DNA from: Camelus dromedarius
Taxonomy: Eukaryota
Assembly (NCBI RefSeq): GCF_036321535.1
Contig: NC_087436.1
Span: forward strand, 29,762,001-29,826,000
Length of the DNA stretch: 64,000 bases
Reading direction: 5' to 3'
Below are positions 26,601-40,938 of the stretch, in pieces. The number at the start of each line of letters is the position of its first letter. The stretch's first letter is position 1. Under the pieces are notes generated by a model. That model worked only from the letters and a program-made list of their open reading frames with translations. It searched no databases and was not told the origin of the DNA. The translations under genes and the position numbers were made by a program.

Positions 26601-27180
26601 TACAGACTATTTTCCTAATAGTGAGACAGGCCACCAGCTGGCCATTGTATGTATGGCAGCCATATGTATTGAATGATTACAACATGCTTCATCTCATTTA
26701 CTCACACGCTATTCCTACAAACATTACTAACAAGATGGATTAGTTACAAAGAGGATAGCATAACCAAAAGAAATCAGATAGCCTAATTAAAATTTTACTA
26801 GAACCAAGTTTGTCTCATAATAGCAAACTACCTTCTAAACAACAAAAGAAAGGGTTTGGTTGTTTATTTATTTATATTTCATCTTAATTCTCAAAGTATA
26901 TTACCATAGACAGGGGTATATAAAAACTTTATTGTTGTTAATAACCTAGAATAAAGAATTTAAAATTTAAATAATTTCATTAAGTTAGAATATGTTAAGC
27001 TGTGTAGTAAAAGCCTGAATCTGTTATTAATTTTGGAAAGTGCTGTATCCCCCCAATTCCTTCTCCATTCTGCTTTACTATCATGCCCTTTTTTTAATCT
27101 ATAAAGATTGAACCTAGTATCCACCTCATATGTCCAGTTTTTCAGACACAACTTAAACAATGCCAAAATACATATGATAC

Positions 27181-27259
27181 CATTTGCTGTAACAAATCAA
27201 ATTTTTTAAAAGCTGTCTTCAAAGGAATCACCAAACAAGCACTTTTATGCCATTTATTG
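27181..27259 (-). pseudogene. Pseudo-exon (79 nt)
   Basis: atgttctctattag|CAATAA...CAAATG|gtatca; NKWHKSACLVIPLKTAFKKFDLLQQM (open frame) or INGIKVLVW*FL*RQLLKNLICYSK. Confidence 0.45.
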
Positions 27260-27538
27260 CTAATAGAGAACATTTCCATGTATCTTAAAAAATATAAGTA
27301 GACATGTTATGAGTAAGGGTTTATAATCCTCAGGATACTAGAAAGAAAAATATGTATCTTTCATATTTTTTCTATTATTCTATTTAAAAATTGTCCTAAT
27401 CCTTAAAAAGTGATTGTTAGCTAGCCACTGAAATTTCTGGAGAAAAGATGTTAAAATTGATAGGTGCATTTTTCAATACTACACACATAGAAAACAACTC
27501 AGAGTTTTAATACATTGGAATTGCAACTTCTCTATTAC

Positions 27539-27613
27539 TTAGAAGTGCTGTACAAGTGAAGGATTCTGTGTTAATATTTCTTGGTATGTCAGCCAATTTC
27601 TTCTTTAATCATT
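27539..27613 (-). pseudogene. Pseudo-exon (75 nt)
   Basis: Strong acceptor ttgctatttttcgtttttctag|AATGAT...TTCTAA|gtaata; *LKKKLADIPRNINTESFTCTALL. Confidence 0.5.
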
Positions 27614-29169
27614 CTAGAAAAACGAAAAATAGCAAGAAATCTTTAGAGAATAAAAACAAAGGTATAAAAAGAATGAGTTAAAAACATTTAAATTACCATT
27701 TTATTTTTCAGCCAAATTTAAACTGTCAAAAGTATAAAAATGTGTGCAAACTCTTAAACAATCACAAAAACATAAAGTTGATATTTGATCACAACTCCTC
27801 TGCCTGTTTTATCAAATATGCTTAGATTGGAAATAAATGGAGAGTTTATTCCACAGCTCTCCTGGGTTGAAGGTAAAAGTTTCTATTCCCCAAAAAAAGA
27901 AGTAGAATATACTGGTTACAAGCAAGCATTGAGATTCATTCATCAACAGCATTCAAACATAGAAATTTGCTTACAAAGTTCATCTCAATGATATTTAGAA
28001 AAAAGACCAAAATTATTTGCGTTTGGTAGAGATACAAAAGCAAGACTAGAAAGTTACATTCTTTAAAATATTACTTGAATGGATAAACTTCAAAAAGAAA
28101 CAAAAAAAAAAAGGTTGCATTTCTATCCATTAAAATTGTTTGCTATTTATTTTTTTAGCTCATTATTTGAATGGGCTCATTGTTAGCTCATTGCCTACTT
28201 GAATTTACCAACTGCATGTCAGTTAATCTTACACTTCAAACTGGTTTTCCTCTAGTTTCTCTCCTTCTCAGTTTATCCCATAAAGACATTCTATAGCTAT
28301 TCAATAATTATTCAAAAAAAAAGGTGTGGTGTGCATGACACTAATCATTAGAATATACAGACTATCAAAAAAATATATTCCCTGCCTTCTTAAAGTTTCA
28401 GATCTAATTATTTTGATATTTATAACCTGTCTTCTCCTATATTTTCACTAATCACTTTTTCTTAGTCTCTGAAAAGTTCTAAGATACATAATCCAATCAT
28501 CTTTGTATTATTAAGCTTCCATTGGCCATCTAACTTAATTTTATCACATGGATAATGATTTTCAAATATGCCTCCAACTCTAAAAAAGACCAAAGAGTAA
28601 GATAGCTCTTCCCTTCAAGTAAATTAAATTTTAGTCTAAATGATAAAGAGAGTCTATAGAGCTAGATTCATCATGAGTTAGAAAAATTATTGGCATATAA
28701 AGGTTGGAAAATGCTATGGTACATGAGTATGAAGCAAAGGGGACTAAAATCTATCTGGATGTTGTGGAAAAATAGATGGCCTCTTTTTTATCCAAATAAT
28801 TTTGGGAACTTCTCCAAATCCCCACCTTACTTACTGTCCTTAATTTACTCTGTCTTGTATTTTATACTATTTTCTGTCTTTCTCCCCTGTCCTTGTTCAA
28901 GTCATTATTTCCTAGAGACAGATTCCCTCCTAAGATTTTATGGCAACATCAACACCAAAAGTTGTTATATAATACAAGCTGAGACTATGTTATCTGGCAA
29001 TTTTTATCAGTTGTAAAAAGTTTCCTCAACTACAACTTAAAAAATGTGTCAAATTACATGAAAAGTTGCGATGATAAAGTGAATATCTATATACTTTTAA
29101 CTCAATCTGGGTGTGTTTAAATTTTGTTGAACTGATTGAACAATTGCTTGTAAACATAATGATGATTCA

Positions 29170-29490
29170 CCAGTGGGTCAACAAATTATTTATTACTCCT
29201 ACAAATGGCAATGTAGTACCTATTTTTGGGCTTTGTTGGCCTTATTGTAGTCTCTGTCACAACTACTCAACTCTCTGATGTAGGGCAAAAAGTAGCCACA
29301 GACAATATGTAAATGAATGAGCTTGGCTATTATAAAATTAAGTTAGTTTCATATAATTTTTAGATGTCATGTAATATTATGCTTCTGTTGACTTTTCTTC
29401 AATCATTTAAAAATGTAAAAATCAATCTCAGCTTGCAGGCTATATAAAAACAATTAGTACAGATTCAGTGGATAAGCTGCAGTCCTGTGC
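29170..29490 (+). mobile_element. MER58B (hAT-Charlie)
   Basis: gtctctgtcacaactactcaactctc...gtagccacagacaatatgtaaatgaatgagc...caatcatttaaaaatgtaaaaa. Confidence 0.75.
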
Positions 29491-30719
29491 TTCACCTATA
29501 ATTTCTATTGTATGTGTTTTCTAAAAGCAAGGGCAGTGCTCTACTAATAAACAGTATAATTACCATATGTTGAAATTATATTAAATGCATTTTAATTATA
29601 CAAATAATACAGGAATGTACACTATATCCTTGAGAAAGTATCAAAGAATTACAGAGAAAGTTGTTGTGTGTTAGTTTATTCCCAGTCACTATTATCAGCA
29701 TGGTCTGCACAATTCCAGCATTTTCCAAAGCAATCACCTAAGTTTATGGAAAACATACTATCACATGCTTTGCCTAAAAACCATCTAGAAAGAAAACGGA
29801 TAAACAACTAGTCTGCCATTCATCCACTCCTTTTAGGAGGGAACATACTGGAGACAATGAAAGAGGGCAGACTTCTTTTTAAACATGCTTCTGGCAGACC
29901 TCCAGGCAAAAAAACAAATGCTTTTCCAGAGGTAAATTCCTCGTCAATGGAATGCTTTTAGCAGAATGTACATTTATTTCTGGGATTGTTTATGGTAAAC
30001 AAACTTAAAATCCTTTGACTTATGAAGCCTACTTTTGTGGATCATCCAAAGACAGAAAGGTATTTCATGATTTAAATGTCTTTTCTGGATAAGTGATGTG
30101 CCTGAACAGTTTACTTAGAAATATCATCTGTTATCCTTGACCAGAGCCTGTCTAACTTGGGAAGAAGGGGGCTAGGGAGCCTCACAGTATGACCTGACCT
30201 CCTTCTTCTTGTTCTTTGCCATAATTTTTATCTTTGAAATGGTTATGTTTGTATAAGATCTCTGATGCATATCAGTCTGATTTGATAATCTAGTACATTG
30301 TGTATTTTTAAGCATAAAATGTATTTTTAGTTTTCAATTTAATATGCTTTTTAAATCTTACTGATTCAGCACATGTTAATCTGTATCATTCTGCTAACCC
30401 TTTGAGATGCTGTAGTTTAGCCATTTCTTGATTGATAGACATTTAATATATTTACAAAGATATGAATATTACCCAAAAAAGCTGCAATAGACAGCCTGGC
30501 ACATTATTTTATGGGCACATGTGTTAGTATTTTTCTAAGACACATGGTGATTTAAAGGAACATAATTTATAAGATATGCATGTTGTAAAATTTAATTAAT
30601 GTCAAAAGTTACCATTTAAAGTGGTTTCCCCTTATAGATGGCAATTTGATATTTTAAACTTTCAACTTTTTTGCTTAGCTGATAGAAGAAAAATATGATT
30701 TCATGAAATCTCAAATACC

Positions 30720-31280
30720 ACAGGAAGAAGTGTAAATTGATATAACTGATTTGGGGGAAAATTTTGTCAGTCTCTAATGAAATAAACAATCCACGTTATC
30801 TTTGCCTCTAAAATTCCTTGGATAGTTATATGTCCTAGATAAACATATGCATATATTCCTCAGATCACATGTCCAAGTATTTTCATATCAACTTTGTTCC
30901 TAAGCATCCAAAGTTGCAGACAACCCAAATGTGTATAAGAAACAGAAGAGACCAATTGTAATCTATATAAATGATGGAATACTAAAGAGGAGGGAAAATT
31001 ATAGCTGTTACAACAATAAGGGTATATGTTATAAATATATGTTGAATAAAAAAATGTGTCACCAAAGGATACAAAAATTCATATAAATTGTCAAGGCTGG
31101 CAAAACTAAAGTATATTGTTTATACTAAAAGATAAAGTAGTAAGTACTTCTCTCAGGAACGGGCACGTAGAAGATTCTATGGTGCTGACAACATCCTAAT
31201 TTGTACTTTAATTTGTTTTACATTATCAATTTAATAATTAATACTTAAACTTCACAGATGTGTCTGATTTGTTCTTTTGC
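30720..31280 (+). mobile_element. L1ME 3' fragment
   Basis: agtgtaaattgatataactgatttggggg...gacaacccaaatgtgt...ggcaaaactaaagtatattg. Confidence 0.6.
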
Positions 31281-32701
31281 ATCCCAAACTAAAATGTTCT
31301 ATCTCATAAGTTCAATTTGCTTTACCTGATTATTGATACACTTAGAGGTCTTTGGACCTCCTCCTTTGATTCTTCTGTTTATATGCTTTTACCATTTTAC
31401 TATTCAGATATTTTTATTTTCCTAAATGATTTCTAGGTGTCCTACTACAATCCTTTGTCACATATGTTTTAATTACTTTCTCCTAGTTTGTCAACTATCT
31501 TTGAAATCTGTTTATGATTTACTATAACTTTTTTAGAAGACTTTAAGTCCAATGTAATCAAATTAATCAAGTTTTTTTATGCTTATTGATTTCTGAGTCT
31601 TGTTTAAGAAAGCAAAGTGACAGTGAGTCATATCCTATGTAGGTGTACTAAGTGTGGGAACTTGGGTTGGAAATAAAGAGCAGCGATCAGCTGGTAACAT
31701 CTACATATGCACTGCCTAATTGGCATGGCTTTCCTTCTCTGACAGAAAAAAAGCTCCTATTGCAAACAAGGTAAAGTATGGGCTACAGTAGCATGAAAAT
31801 CTATTCCCTGCCAAGCACACTGCCCAGTAAAAACAAGGAGTCTGGCAGAAATTCCCCTTTTAAAAATAAACACAAAGTCAAAAAGAAAGATCAAGAGTCA
31901 TTTACAGACATGCCAACATTGTAAGTAAAGAAGGCAAATTTTAAAATAAAACAAACAAGAGAAGGGTCTACACAATAAAAGAAGAATGACAGTAAAAAGC
32001 AATGAGGACTTTCAGATAAATACAACTGATATCCCCAGAGGGATACAAATTGTTGCATCCATAGAAAAATGAAAAGAGAAAGGCTAAAAATGAGATCACT
32101 GAAATAAAGAATACACATGTGATCATCTCTCACTGAATAATGCCTGAACGAATATATAGAAGAAGAAAGCTGAAATATGCTTAAAACATAAAATAAGCAC
32201 ACTAAAATACAAGAGGTCAAATGAACAACACAAATATCCTTCTTTGTGGCCATGTACTTGCCCCTCCAGTTCTACTCTTCGCTTCTCCCTTTACTTTCTG
32301 TCCTGGAAGCAGCTTGGAATGGACTCTGTCAACTGACACTCCTTTTTCCTCTGTCTGTTGGGTGAATTCAGTGGGGTAGAGCGAATGATTTAGATATGAG
32401 GGAAGGAAGAGAGCAAGATCAAGGTATTTTTAACTCTGACTCCCAACCAGTGACTGGCTTTGTCCCTACAGCATAGATTTTTGCTCCTTTCAAGCTGCTT
32501 CTACCAGCAGCTTCTGCAGTTCAGTCAACTCGCCCTGCTACTGTCCCTTTAAGCCAACGTGTGATTAAAATCTTCACTCTCACTAATCAAGGGTACTATA
32601 TATACTCTTTTGTGTTCTTTCTCACCCCTTCAACAACTCTGTAAAGAGTATCTAAACCCTTATTTAACTGCACCACCAGTTTCTTTTAATGAAACTTATA
32701 C

Positions 32702-32841
32702 GTGGATTTTCTTCTTATGTAAATCGGTAAACTTAAGAGTATTTTTTCTCATGCTCAAAGCCCGAAGGTAAATATTTTCGATTAAGAATGTGAAGCAACT
32801 GAAGTGACAGTTTGGTTCAGAGCTGCATTGTAGAAGTACAG
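32702..32841 (-). pseudogene. Pseudo-exon (140 nt, phase 2->1; alternative acceptor ~32798)
   Basis: gttttataatag|CTGTAC...ATCCAC|gtataa; CTSTMQL*TKLSLQLLHILNRKYLPSGFEHEKKYS*VYRFT*EENP. Confidence 0.5.
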
Positions 32842-34211
32842 CTATTATAAAACAGTTTCATTTTTCTGACAGTTTGTTCTCTGCTGTCCAGGAGATTTAA
32901 ATTTTCTTTTCCTATGGAGAAAGTCAGAGTATGATGGATTAAACATTAAGAATAACTTTAAAAGATTGTTTAAAGCAAGGCATGACCTAAATGATAATAT
33001 TTCAGAAGGTCTCTGTTTTGAAATTTCTTATTTAAGGTCAGTGACTTAGAAATCAAGACAAAATCTTGCTACCAAGTGAATGCACTTATTGATATTAATA
33101 AAATATTAAGTATTGTTCATCATCATCCAAACTAGGTTTTGATAGAATGCCTAGGGTTTCTGAGTAATCAGCTTATGGCAATTTCTGCCTCTTCTTTTCA
33201 TTTCTGAATTTGAAAAGAAAAAGGAAGAGCAAATGCATAGGTATCCTGCTCATGCAAGCAGGCACAAATGATGGAAAACTGTACCTTGGATTTTCTATTA
33301 ATACACTATTTTAAAAATACATTTATTATAGGCGAATATTTGGAAAAATATTTTTTAAAAATGAAAAATACAAATACAAAGTGGATATCTGAAAAAGAAT
33401 AAAGCATTCATTGGATTATAGGTGGAATGATATCACTGTGTGTGTGATTGGTGGAAAAATAAAGGGGGAAGTTGATGGTAAGTTCTAAGTTTGAGGTTAG
33501 ACAACTGGGGTAGTATTGAGAAAAAAGTTAAAAGTCTAATTACTTAATCCAGCAAAATCAACAATGAAGAACCCATGAAACACCTAGCTCTGTTTTTGTT
33601 TTGTTTTGTTTTTCAAATAAAATAAAAGCAGAGATATTTTTGGCCTATTTTCATTGTTATTGTTTTGGCTTTTTTAAAATAAGTTTTTGGTTTTGGAATG
33701 TTTTTATTTTTAATGTATTTTTCCTTTTTTATACTCTGATGACAACCTCTTGCATGCATGTTAAAATGGAATTGTACTACTCCTTTTAAAATATATTTTG
33801 AATGTATTCTAGTTATTAACAAATTTATTCAAGATTTAGTACTATGTTTTGTCTTCTAAAGAAATAATTAAATGTCTTCTATGCAATGATTGACCTTGAA
33901 AATAAAGAAGTATGCAGAGACAGCACATAATGTTCCTACTGAATCTAACGTTTAACTGTTGTTTAATTCATTTAATCATTCTTCTTTTGAGAGAAAGAAA
34001 TATATTAAATAATCAGGTAAAAATTCATCAGTAGCAACCATATTTATTTGGTGATTTTGTATGTAAGATAACATATCAAATTCTTGAATAAATATATTTT
34101 CTTACTATGATAACCACTACTTCAACTTGTGCATTATTTTAACAATAAAAATTCAAAATAGGTATTGTGATAAAAGGGGAATTTTGAATTTGTGAATTTT
34201 TACTTTCTCAC

Positions 34212-34322
34212 CTGACAAGAATAAAAAAACACTGTCTTTTAAAAGGAAAAGATGAATTTTTATAAATTATATTAAAATCCTCTCCACCTTGAATGATTGA
34301 AAAATTAACTTTCAAACTGTAT
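34212..34322 (-). pseudogene. Pseudo-exon (111 nt, phase 2->2, open)
   Basis: attttaatgtccag|ATACAG...TGTCAG|gtgaga; YSLKVNFSIIQGGEDFNIIYKNSSFPFKRQCFFILV. Confidence 0.6.
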
Positions 34323-36010
34323 CTGGACATTAAAATATGTTTATTTAGGATATTTTTTAACATTATTTCACATATCTACCTCTATAGCTATAGCTATAAC
34401 TATATACCTAAACCTAGACAGTGTCCACATGATCAGATAAGTAGGAGTTTGGTTCTGATCCAAGGGGTTTCCGTTATGGAAACAGTTTCCTTACAGAGTA
34501 GTGTCATACCCAACATTCTCCTCCCAACTGGAAATTTGTGATCAGTTTTTCAAAACAGTTCTATAATTTCCCATGAGAAAGTATATCAGAAAAAGTATAT
34601 AATTAAAAATCTATGAACTAAAATTCTTATTTTGCTTGTCTTTAATTAGTGGAGCCTCCTATACATGTAACTACTATATATTAAGATGAATTACTATTGA
34701 AAGATATTCCAAATAAGTATTGCAATAGCTTGTATTTGAAAACTTAAAAATCCTGAAATAACCTGAGTAACATGGCTTATATTACAGTATCTAAAACAAA
34801 AAATACATTTCCATCATCTATATTTAAATACATGCCTTTATGAATTATAATTAAAAATTGTTGGGTTCTTGCTTCTTCCAATATCAAACGATAGAAAATA
34901 GATGTATATTTTTTAGAGGTTATCACATAAACACAATATTAAATAAAGTTCAAAAAGAAGAGTACATAAAAGTAAAAATAAAGTAATTTATCATTTAATT
35001 TGAAGTAAACATTGACACAAATTTATTATTATAAGTGCAAAATAATGAGAGGAGTTAAGTCTACTGGTTGCATCATGAATTATTTATCAACACAGAGATG
35101 CATAATCAGAACAAGATATGTGCACTAGTCCTAGAACTTCAAGAATTAAAAAAATTTATATATATATAAGTACTCTGAGAGAGAAGAAAAAGGAATGATC
35201 TATTAAAATATTTTTCTGAATAGGTATCAACTAAAAATCATGCCAAATTTGTATGCAGATTGGAATTCTATTCAAAGAGATGGTACAAAAAGAGAGAAAA
35301 AAATTCTTAAAATTTCCTAAAATTTTATATGTGAATTATAACTCAGTAATGCTCAATTAACAATGCCCAAAGTGTTCAAATTTATAATAGTAATAATGCA
35401 AGCTATGTTTATTTTAAATTTAAAAATTAGTATGTGCTATCAACATTTTCAAAGATTTATAGTTACAATTAGGAACTATATTTAAATTGATTTTTATTAT
35501 TTGGAGTTACACATTTTATTTGTAATTTATTCAATGTTAATTTTAGACATTCAGCATTGATGAATGTATTGATTTCTTATCTGAGGAAGTGTATGGTACA
35601 AAATGTTGAAAATATTTAATGACATTATATTGATCATGATTGTACTTAATTTTTCTTTCTTATGTTCTTTTGATTTTTTGCAAAATTCCATCTTATGTTT
35701 GTTGTAACATAAATTTATTGCTTAACTGGCAAATTGTATAATGGTTTTCCACAACATTATGGCCAAAATTGGGACAAGAATGGATTATCTATAGTTTGAT
35801 TGGCAGAAAAAAATTATGAGAAAAAAAAGCAGTAAATTGTTAATTCAACTTTGAGGTAATTTTTATAACTGATTTAAAAATCAAATCAAATTTAGAAGTA
35901 AAATAAATCCTAGTATAGAAAAATTTGATAAGAAACATAAAGCAACTTTAGAATAGATTTTTCTTAAAATCTGCAAATGAATTCTATCATTTAAAAAAAT
36001 CTAATTATAC

Positions 36011-36133
36011 CTTTGGGTCTGCTCTCCCCTACGTCTTATTTGTAATAAATTCATCATCTTCCTTTTGAGATGCATACACCAATTTAATAGTTTCAAAATC
36101 TCTAGTGTTCCCTCATTTCAAAGAGATTTTGAC
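36011..36133 (-). pseudogene. Pseudo-exon (123 nt, symmetric)
   Basis: ttattgtttaaaacag|GTCAAA...CCAAAG|gtataa; SKSL*NEGTLEILKLLNWCMHLKRKMMNLLQIRRRGEQTQ. Confidence 0.55.
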
Positions 36134-39100
36134 CTGTTTTAAACAATAAGCAGAGGAATTCAGTCCACATCTTATTGCTCCGTGTTGCTACCACAGGCCA
36201 ATATCCAAACCTACACATATTTCTCAATGCTTTACTCCTTCAGGTATGTCCCTATAGTGCCTACATGTGGACAGTAAAATTAAAACTATAAGGTAAAATT
36301 CATATGATTTATCAATATTCTCTAAATTTCAAATGGCTTTGTGGTAGTATGTGAGCGAAGAACTTAAACATCATATGGCACAAAATTAATATGAAGTCCA
36401 GGACTTCTGCCAGCTATTCAGGCTTGCTTGGAACCTCACTGTGAAAGGTTTACTTAACACTGACGTTAACTAGAAAGTTACAACACTTGCTCTCAAAGTT
36501 CTTGAACTCATTTTGCATTTTTCCCACTTCTTATCTTCTATTAACTCAGCATTAAAAGCTTTGGCAAAATCACACAAAGTTTATTTTTACATCATAATTC
36601 TAAGATGGGAGGTGCCTACCTTCCTCACATTTGCTTAAAAAAGAGGACATCTAGGGAAGACATAAAAACAAACAAAAAAGAAAAGACAAAAATAAAATAG
36701 GAAAAAGAATTCTGGTTAACATTGTCTAAGATAAAAATAAGATCTTAATTGTTTGGAAATATTCTAAAACTGACCTGGGATATTAATTTGTTGAGGGAGA
36801 ATATCTTATTTTATTTTATATGGTAAGATTTACAAAAGTTAAGATTTTTATCCGGGCAACTCAATATATTTTAATAATAGTAAATCATATGAATTTCAGC
36901 AGAAAATTGTATTAGCCTATTATGTCTCTTAACATAGCATCATAAAATCAAATTCATGTCATACTCTGGATCTAAACAATAGGTAATAGAACATACCATA
37001 AGGGTTATGTCCATGACCCTGGAATTTTAAAAAATCAATTAAAAAAAATCAAATAGAAACTTCTGCAAGAGACTTAAAAAGACACACAAAATAAGCAATT
37101 TTGGACACAAGGAACAGCTTACTCTTTTAAACTTTGAGATTTGTTTTTTCCCTCAAATATTGTCACGTACCTTTGAAAACTGTCTTGAAAACTTCCAAGA
37201 AAAATCAACAGTCACTATCATGTTCAGAATATAGGAATTAAATGTCACCTTACAGGATTCTTCACAAATGATCTTAGATGAGATTTTAATTACCATTTTC
37301 AAGCCACTTATAAAAGCGAACAAGCAAAGCAGACTCAGACAAATCTTTTGTTACTACAGCTGTACATGCTTTAAGAATGGCCTTGAATACATGCTCAAAA
37401 GATTACAATTCAATTTGCTCTAACACACTGAATTGAAACGATGCCATGTGGGTTTTAGACCTTCCCAATTTGGATTAAAAATATCTTCTGGTTAAATCAG
37501 TCTTATAGAGTTTATGGAATGATGTCAGTGTAAAAATATGGAAGTTTTCCTTGAGTGAATGATAAGTGGAAAGTTGAATATAAATAACAATTCTTTACAA
37601 TTTCAGATTTAACATTAAGAAGCAAACTTAGTAATTTTATTGTGGTTTTGTCACAAATCATAGAAATAAGAATTCATCCTTCCTAAGGATTTTGACTATA
37701 CTCTTTGAACACGCTGTAAAATATACTTAAATACATAAATATTTTTTACCCAAGAATGAAGCATTCAACTCAAAAGTTAGATACTGTTCCAAGAGGATGT
37801 ATTATAATACAGCTTGTGTACTCCTGCAGATGTAACAAATACACCAAAAATAAATATGACAGAATGGTGAAAACTACAATCCAGAAATATGGAAAAGATT
37901 CAGTACAATATAGGCAGATAATAGTAGGATTGGATTGAACTGAAATGACTAAACAATTCACACACCCTTCACTGCACATGAAAAGTACATTTAAGAATTA
38001 AATTAAGTAATCTGGATAGATTCACAGGATCAAAGAGCTACTTACAAAGTTACTTAGGAGAAATACATATGAAAATGTCTAAAATAAACCATTGGATTTA
38101 GCAATATTTCCTTATTAGACAACTACATCCTACAAAAATTTATTTTCCTAATACCCTATCATTAAGGTAATTATAATGAAGGAGTATGCAATTTTTCCTG
38201 AATAGGTAGGGAAGAAAAGTAGTAAGTCTAAGGAAAAGAAGCATGATAGTGGAGTCTATAGAATGACGATCTTCAAGAGGTCAAAAATCTTTGTTAGTGT
38301 AGGTTTGGACAAGTGGAGATGGATTAAATGGGCAGTAGAGATGATCAAAGAGTAAAATATTTTAATCACTTTTTAAATAGTAAGAAACACTTGCTCTCCA
38401 AAACAAGGAAGAAGGAAATTCCTTCTTATAACAAATGTGATGGTCAAGAAATTTAAGGTGTATGATTTTTTTGAAGAGTTAACAGTTTGATGTAAAAGTA
38501 CTAGAGAATAATGGGGTTTCAGTTGACAGAATGTCTCTGAAAGCCAAAAGGAGAAGTGTCATGGTGGAAAAAGATGAAACAATTAGAAAGAGCACTCAGA
38601 AATGGAAAACTTGGCATAGAAAAATAAATGGGAGGCTTGATATAGATAAATGTCATTCATTAGCAGTTCGAGGGCAAAGTTCATTGGCAATGCTTATGTG
38701 TTTGTTTATTTGAAGAGGGAAGGAACAATAATCTGGCAGCTACAAATAAAAATCAAAAACATACGTACCCAACCTCTTGATCATTAGGTATGTGAAGCTG
38801 GGATGGGCAAAAGGCAGCATCTTGCTGAAAGAGCTGTGGGGTTCTATTTCCCAGGCACACTGGGTCTCAGTTTTCACTGAAAACGTGGAAGCATTTGTTT
38901 ATCAGAGCACAACCATCCAAGAAGACCTATCAAGCTGTGAGATGGAGAAGAGGAGAGTAGGTCTGGTAGAGATGCAGTACCATATGGTGGTAAAAGATGG
39001 TAATAGATGCATCAAAGTGAGAGATAAACAGGAACATGACACACAGAGATTCATTCCTGATAGTCTCGTTGAGAAGAATGAAAAGGTGAGATTTTTAAAA

Positions 39101-40759
39101 TACTTCACCCAAGATTTTTAGTGACTTCAATAATCCTTTTGATGACTTAAGAAATTGCCACTTTTTGGAATATCATTCAAGGTAAAGTGCTTATAAAATT
39201 TTACTTAGTGAAAAGTCCTATAATGCCTGGACACTCAGAAAACTGTCTAGTATTATATAAATACAAGTTGGTGTACTTGGAAGTTGTGATTACAGGTATT
39301 CTACTCATCATTTTGCTACATTTATAACTTTGTTTTAGTGAAATATATTGCTTTCTGAAATGTATTTGCAAAGTGAAATTTTATCATACACAAAGAATTG
39401 ATAGAGGGCTATTCTGTTAAATAAACACAATGAATGTGTATATTATGCTTAACATGCTATGGCTGTTTCACATTACTTATAGTTTTTGTCTACTGCATTG
39501 AAATTTACAGGAATTCTGCATATGTTTAGCTTAATGTAATCATTTCTTAACTGTGCTCTGGGGGGTCAACCCAGATTCAACAAAATTAGCTCTAATTCTG
39601 TGTCTTTTATTTGTTTCTACTTCTAGGTTAAATATGGCTTGAAAAAATTGTGCTAGAAAAATTGAAAATTGTGAAAATCACTGGCTTACTGGAAAGAGTG
39701 TTCTATTCAAAGATGAAGACCTGTCTCCAGCTTCCTTTAATCACTCGTCTGTTTCCAATGTGTCTGGACTTCCCACATCTAAAGTACTTCCATGAAACAC
39801 TTCACTTTTCTTACAGGAACTAAGATTATTTTTTAAGTTTGGAATTTATTAGAGTACTGTGATATTGTTTTTTCTATGTTAACACACCTTTCAAAGTGAA
39901 AAGCAACCCAAAAATAAAAACATCCTACCAACATTCACTTTTTTTCTCAAATTACTTCCTTCTTAGCATCTCATCATTGCTCTGACTTCAGCTAATTAAT
40001 GTATTAGTGGATGGATTTATTCATCTGAACATGTTATCTTTGTGAATGTTATCTTCATATATTAATGAAATGAGTGGAGTGTACATGGTAGTAACAGTAA
40101 AACAATCAGCTACAAGGGAAGGTTTACCTAGTAATTGTACTGATCGTTTGTGGCATGTGATTATTTTTATTTCAGTAATACCACATCTATAAGTACGCTT
40201 TTCTTAATTTCTCCATTTTTTCCCCAACTATCTTGGTCATTATAACATAGCATTTTTATTTCTCCAGAATCTCACAAGTCATTGATAATACTAAGCTGTA
40301 ACAGGTTTTTTGTTTTTGTTTTTTGTGATGCTTTGGTGATTTCCTGATTCCAATAAGATTTTTCAGACCAGTATCAAAATGCTGATGAGTTTAGAACTAC
40401 TTTGGTATTTTTGCAAATCAGAGAAAAATATTTATTTTTCCTGGATAGCCATGAGAGAATAACTTTTACTACACTTGAAAAAAAGCTCCTTTTGAAATGT
40501 ATCATTGCTAGTAATTCAAAGTACAGTAACAAAGTAAATGGGCAGTGTTTCTCTGTGCAAACATTTTGAAAGTGAGCTGCTTTATTTCCAAAGTTAACAA
40601 TAAGAAATGTCCTTAAGAATGGCTGTATTATCTTTTAATCTTTAAAATTTTTTATTACTTCTGCAAAGTAAAATGCCCTTTAAAAATTCTCATTTTGATT
40701 TTTCAAACACTGGTATTCTATGTCTTCAGTACATCAAAATGTCCAATTGTAAGAAAATA

Positions 40760-40938
40760 CTGGAATAGCTGTATAATCTGGGGGCCCAGTGCAAAACAAA
40801 CATGATTGTTGTGCCTTGTTCCAAACCTATTAAGAATTTCAAGATGGTGACAGCAGAGCATTAAATCAAATATGAGGTCATTATACCTGCGGAGTCCTGT
40901 GTGACTGCACAGCTCACACAAATATCAAGCTGGCTCTG
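40760..40938 (-). mobile_element. MER45A (hAT-Tip100)
   Basis: ggggcccagtgcaaaa...taagaatttcaagatggtgacagcagagcattaaa...ctgtgtgactgcacag. Confidence 0.8.
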
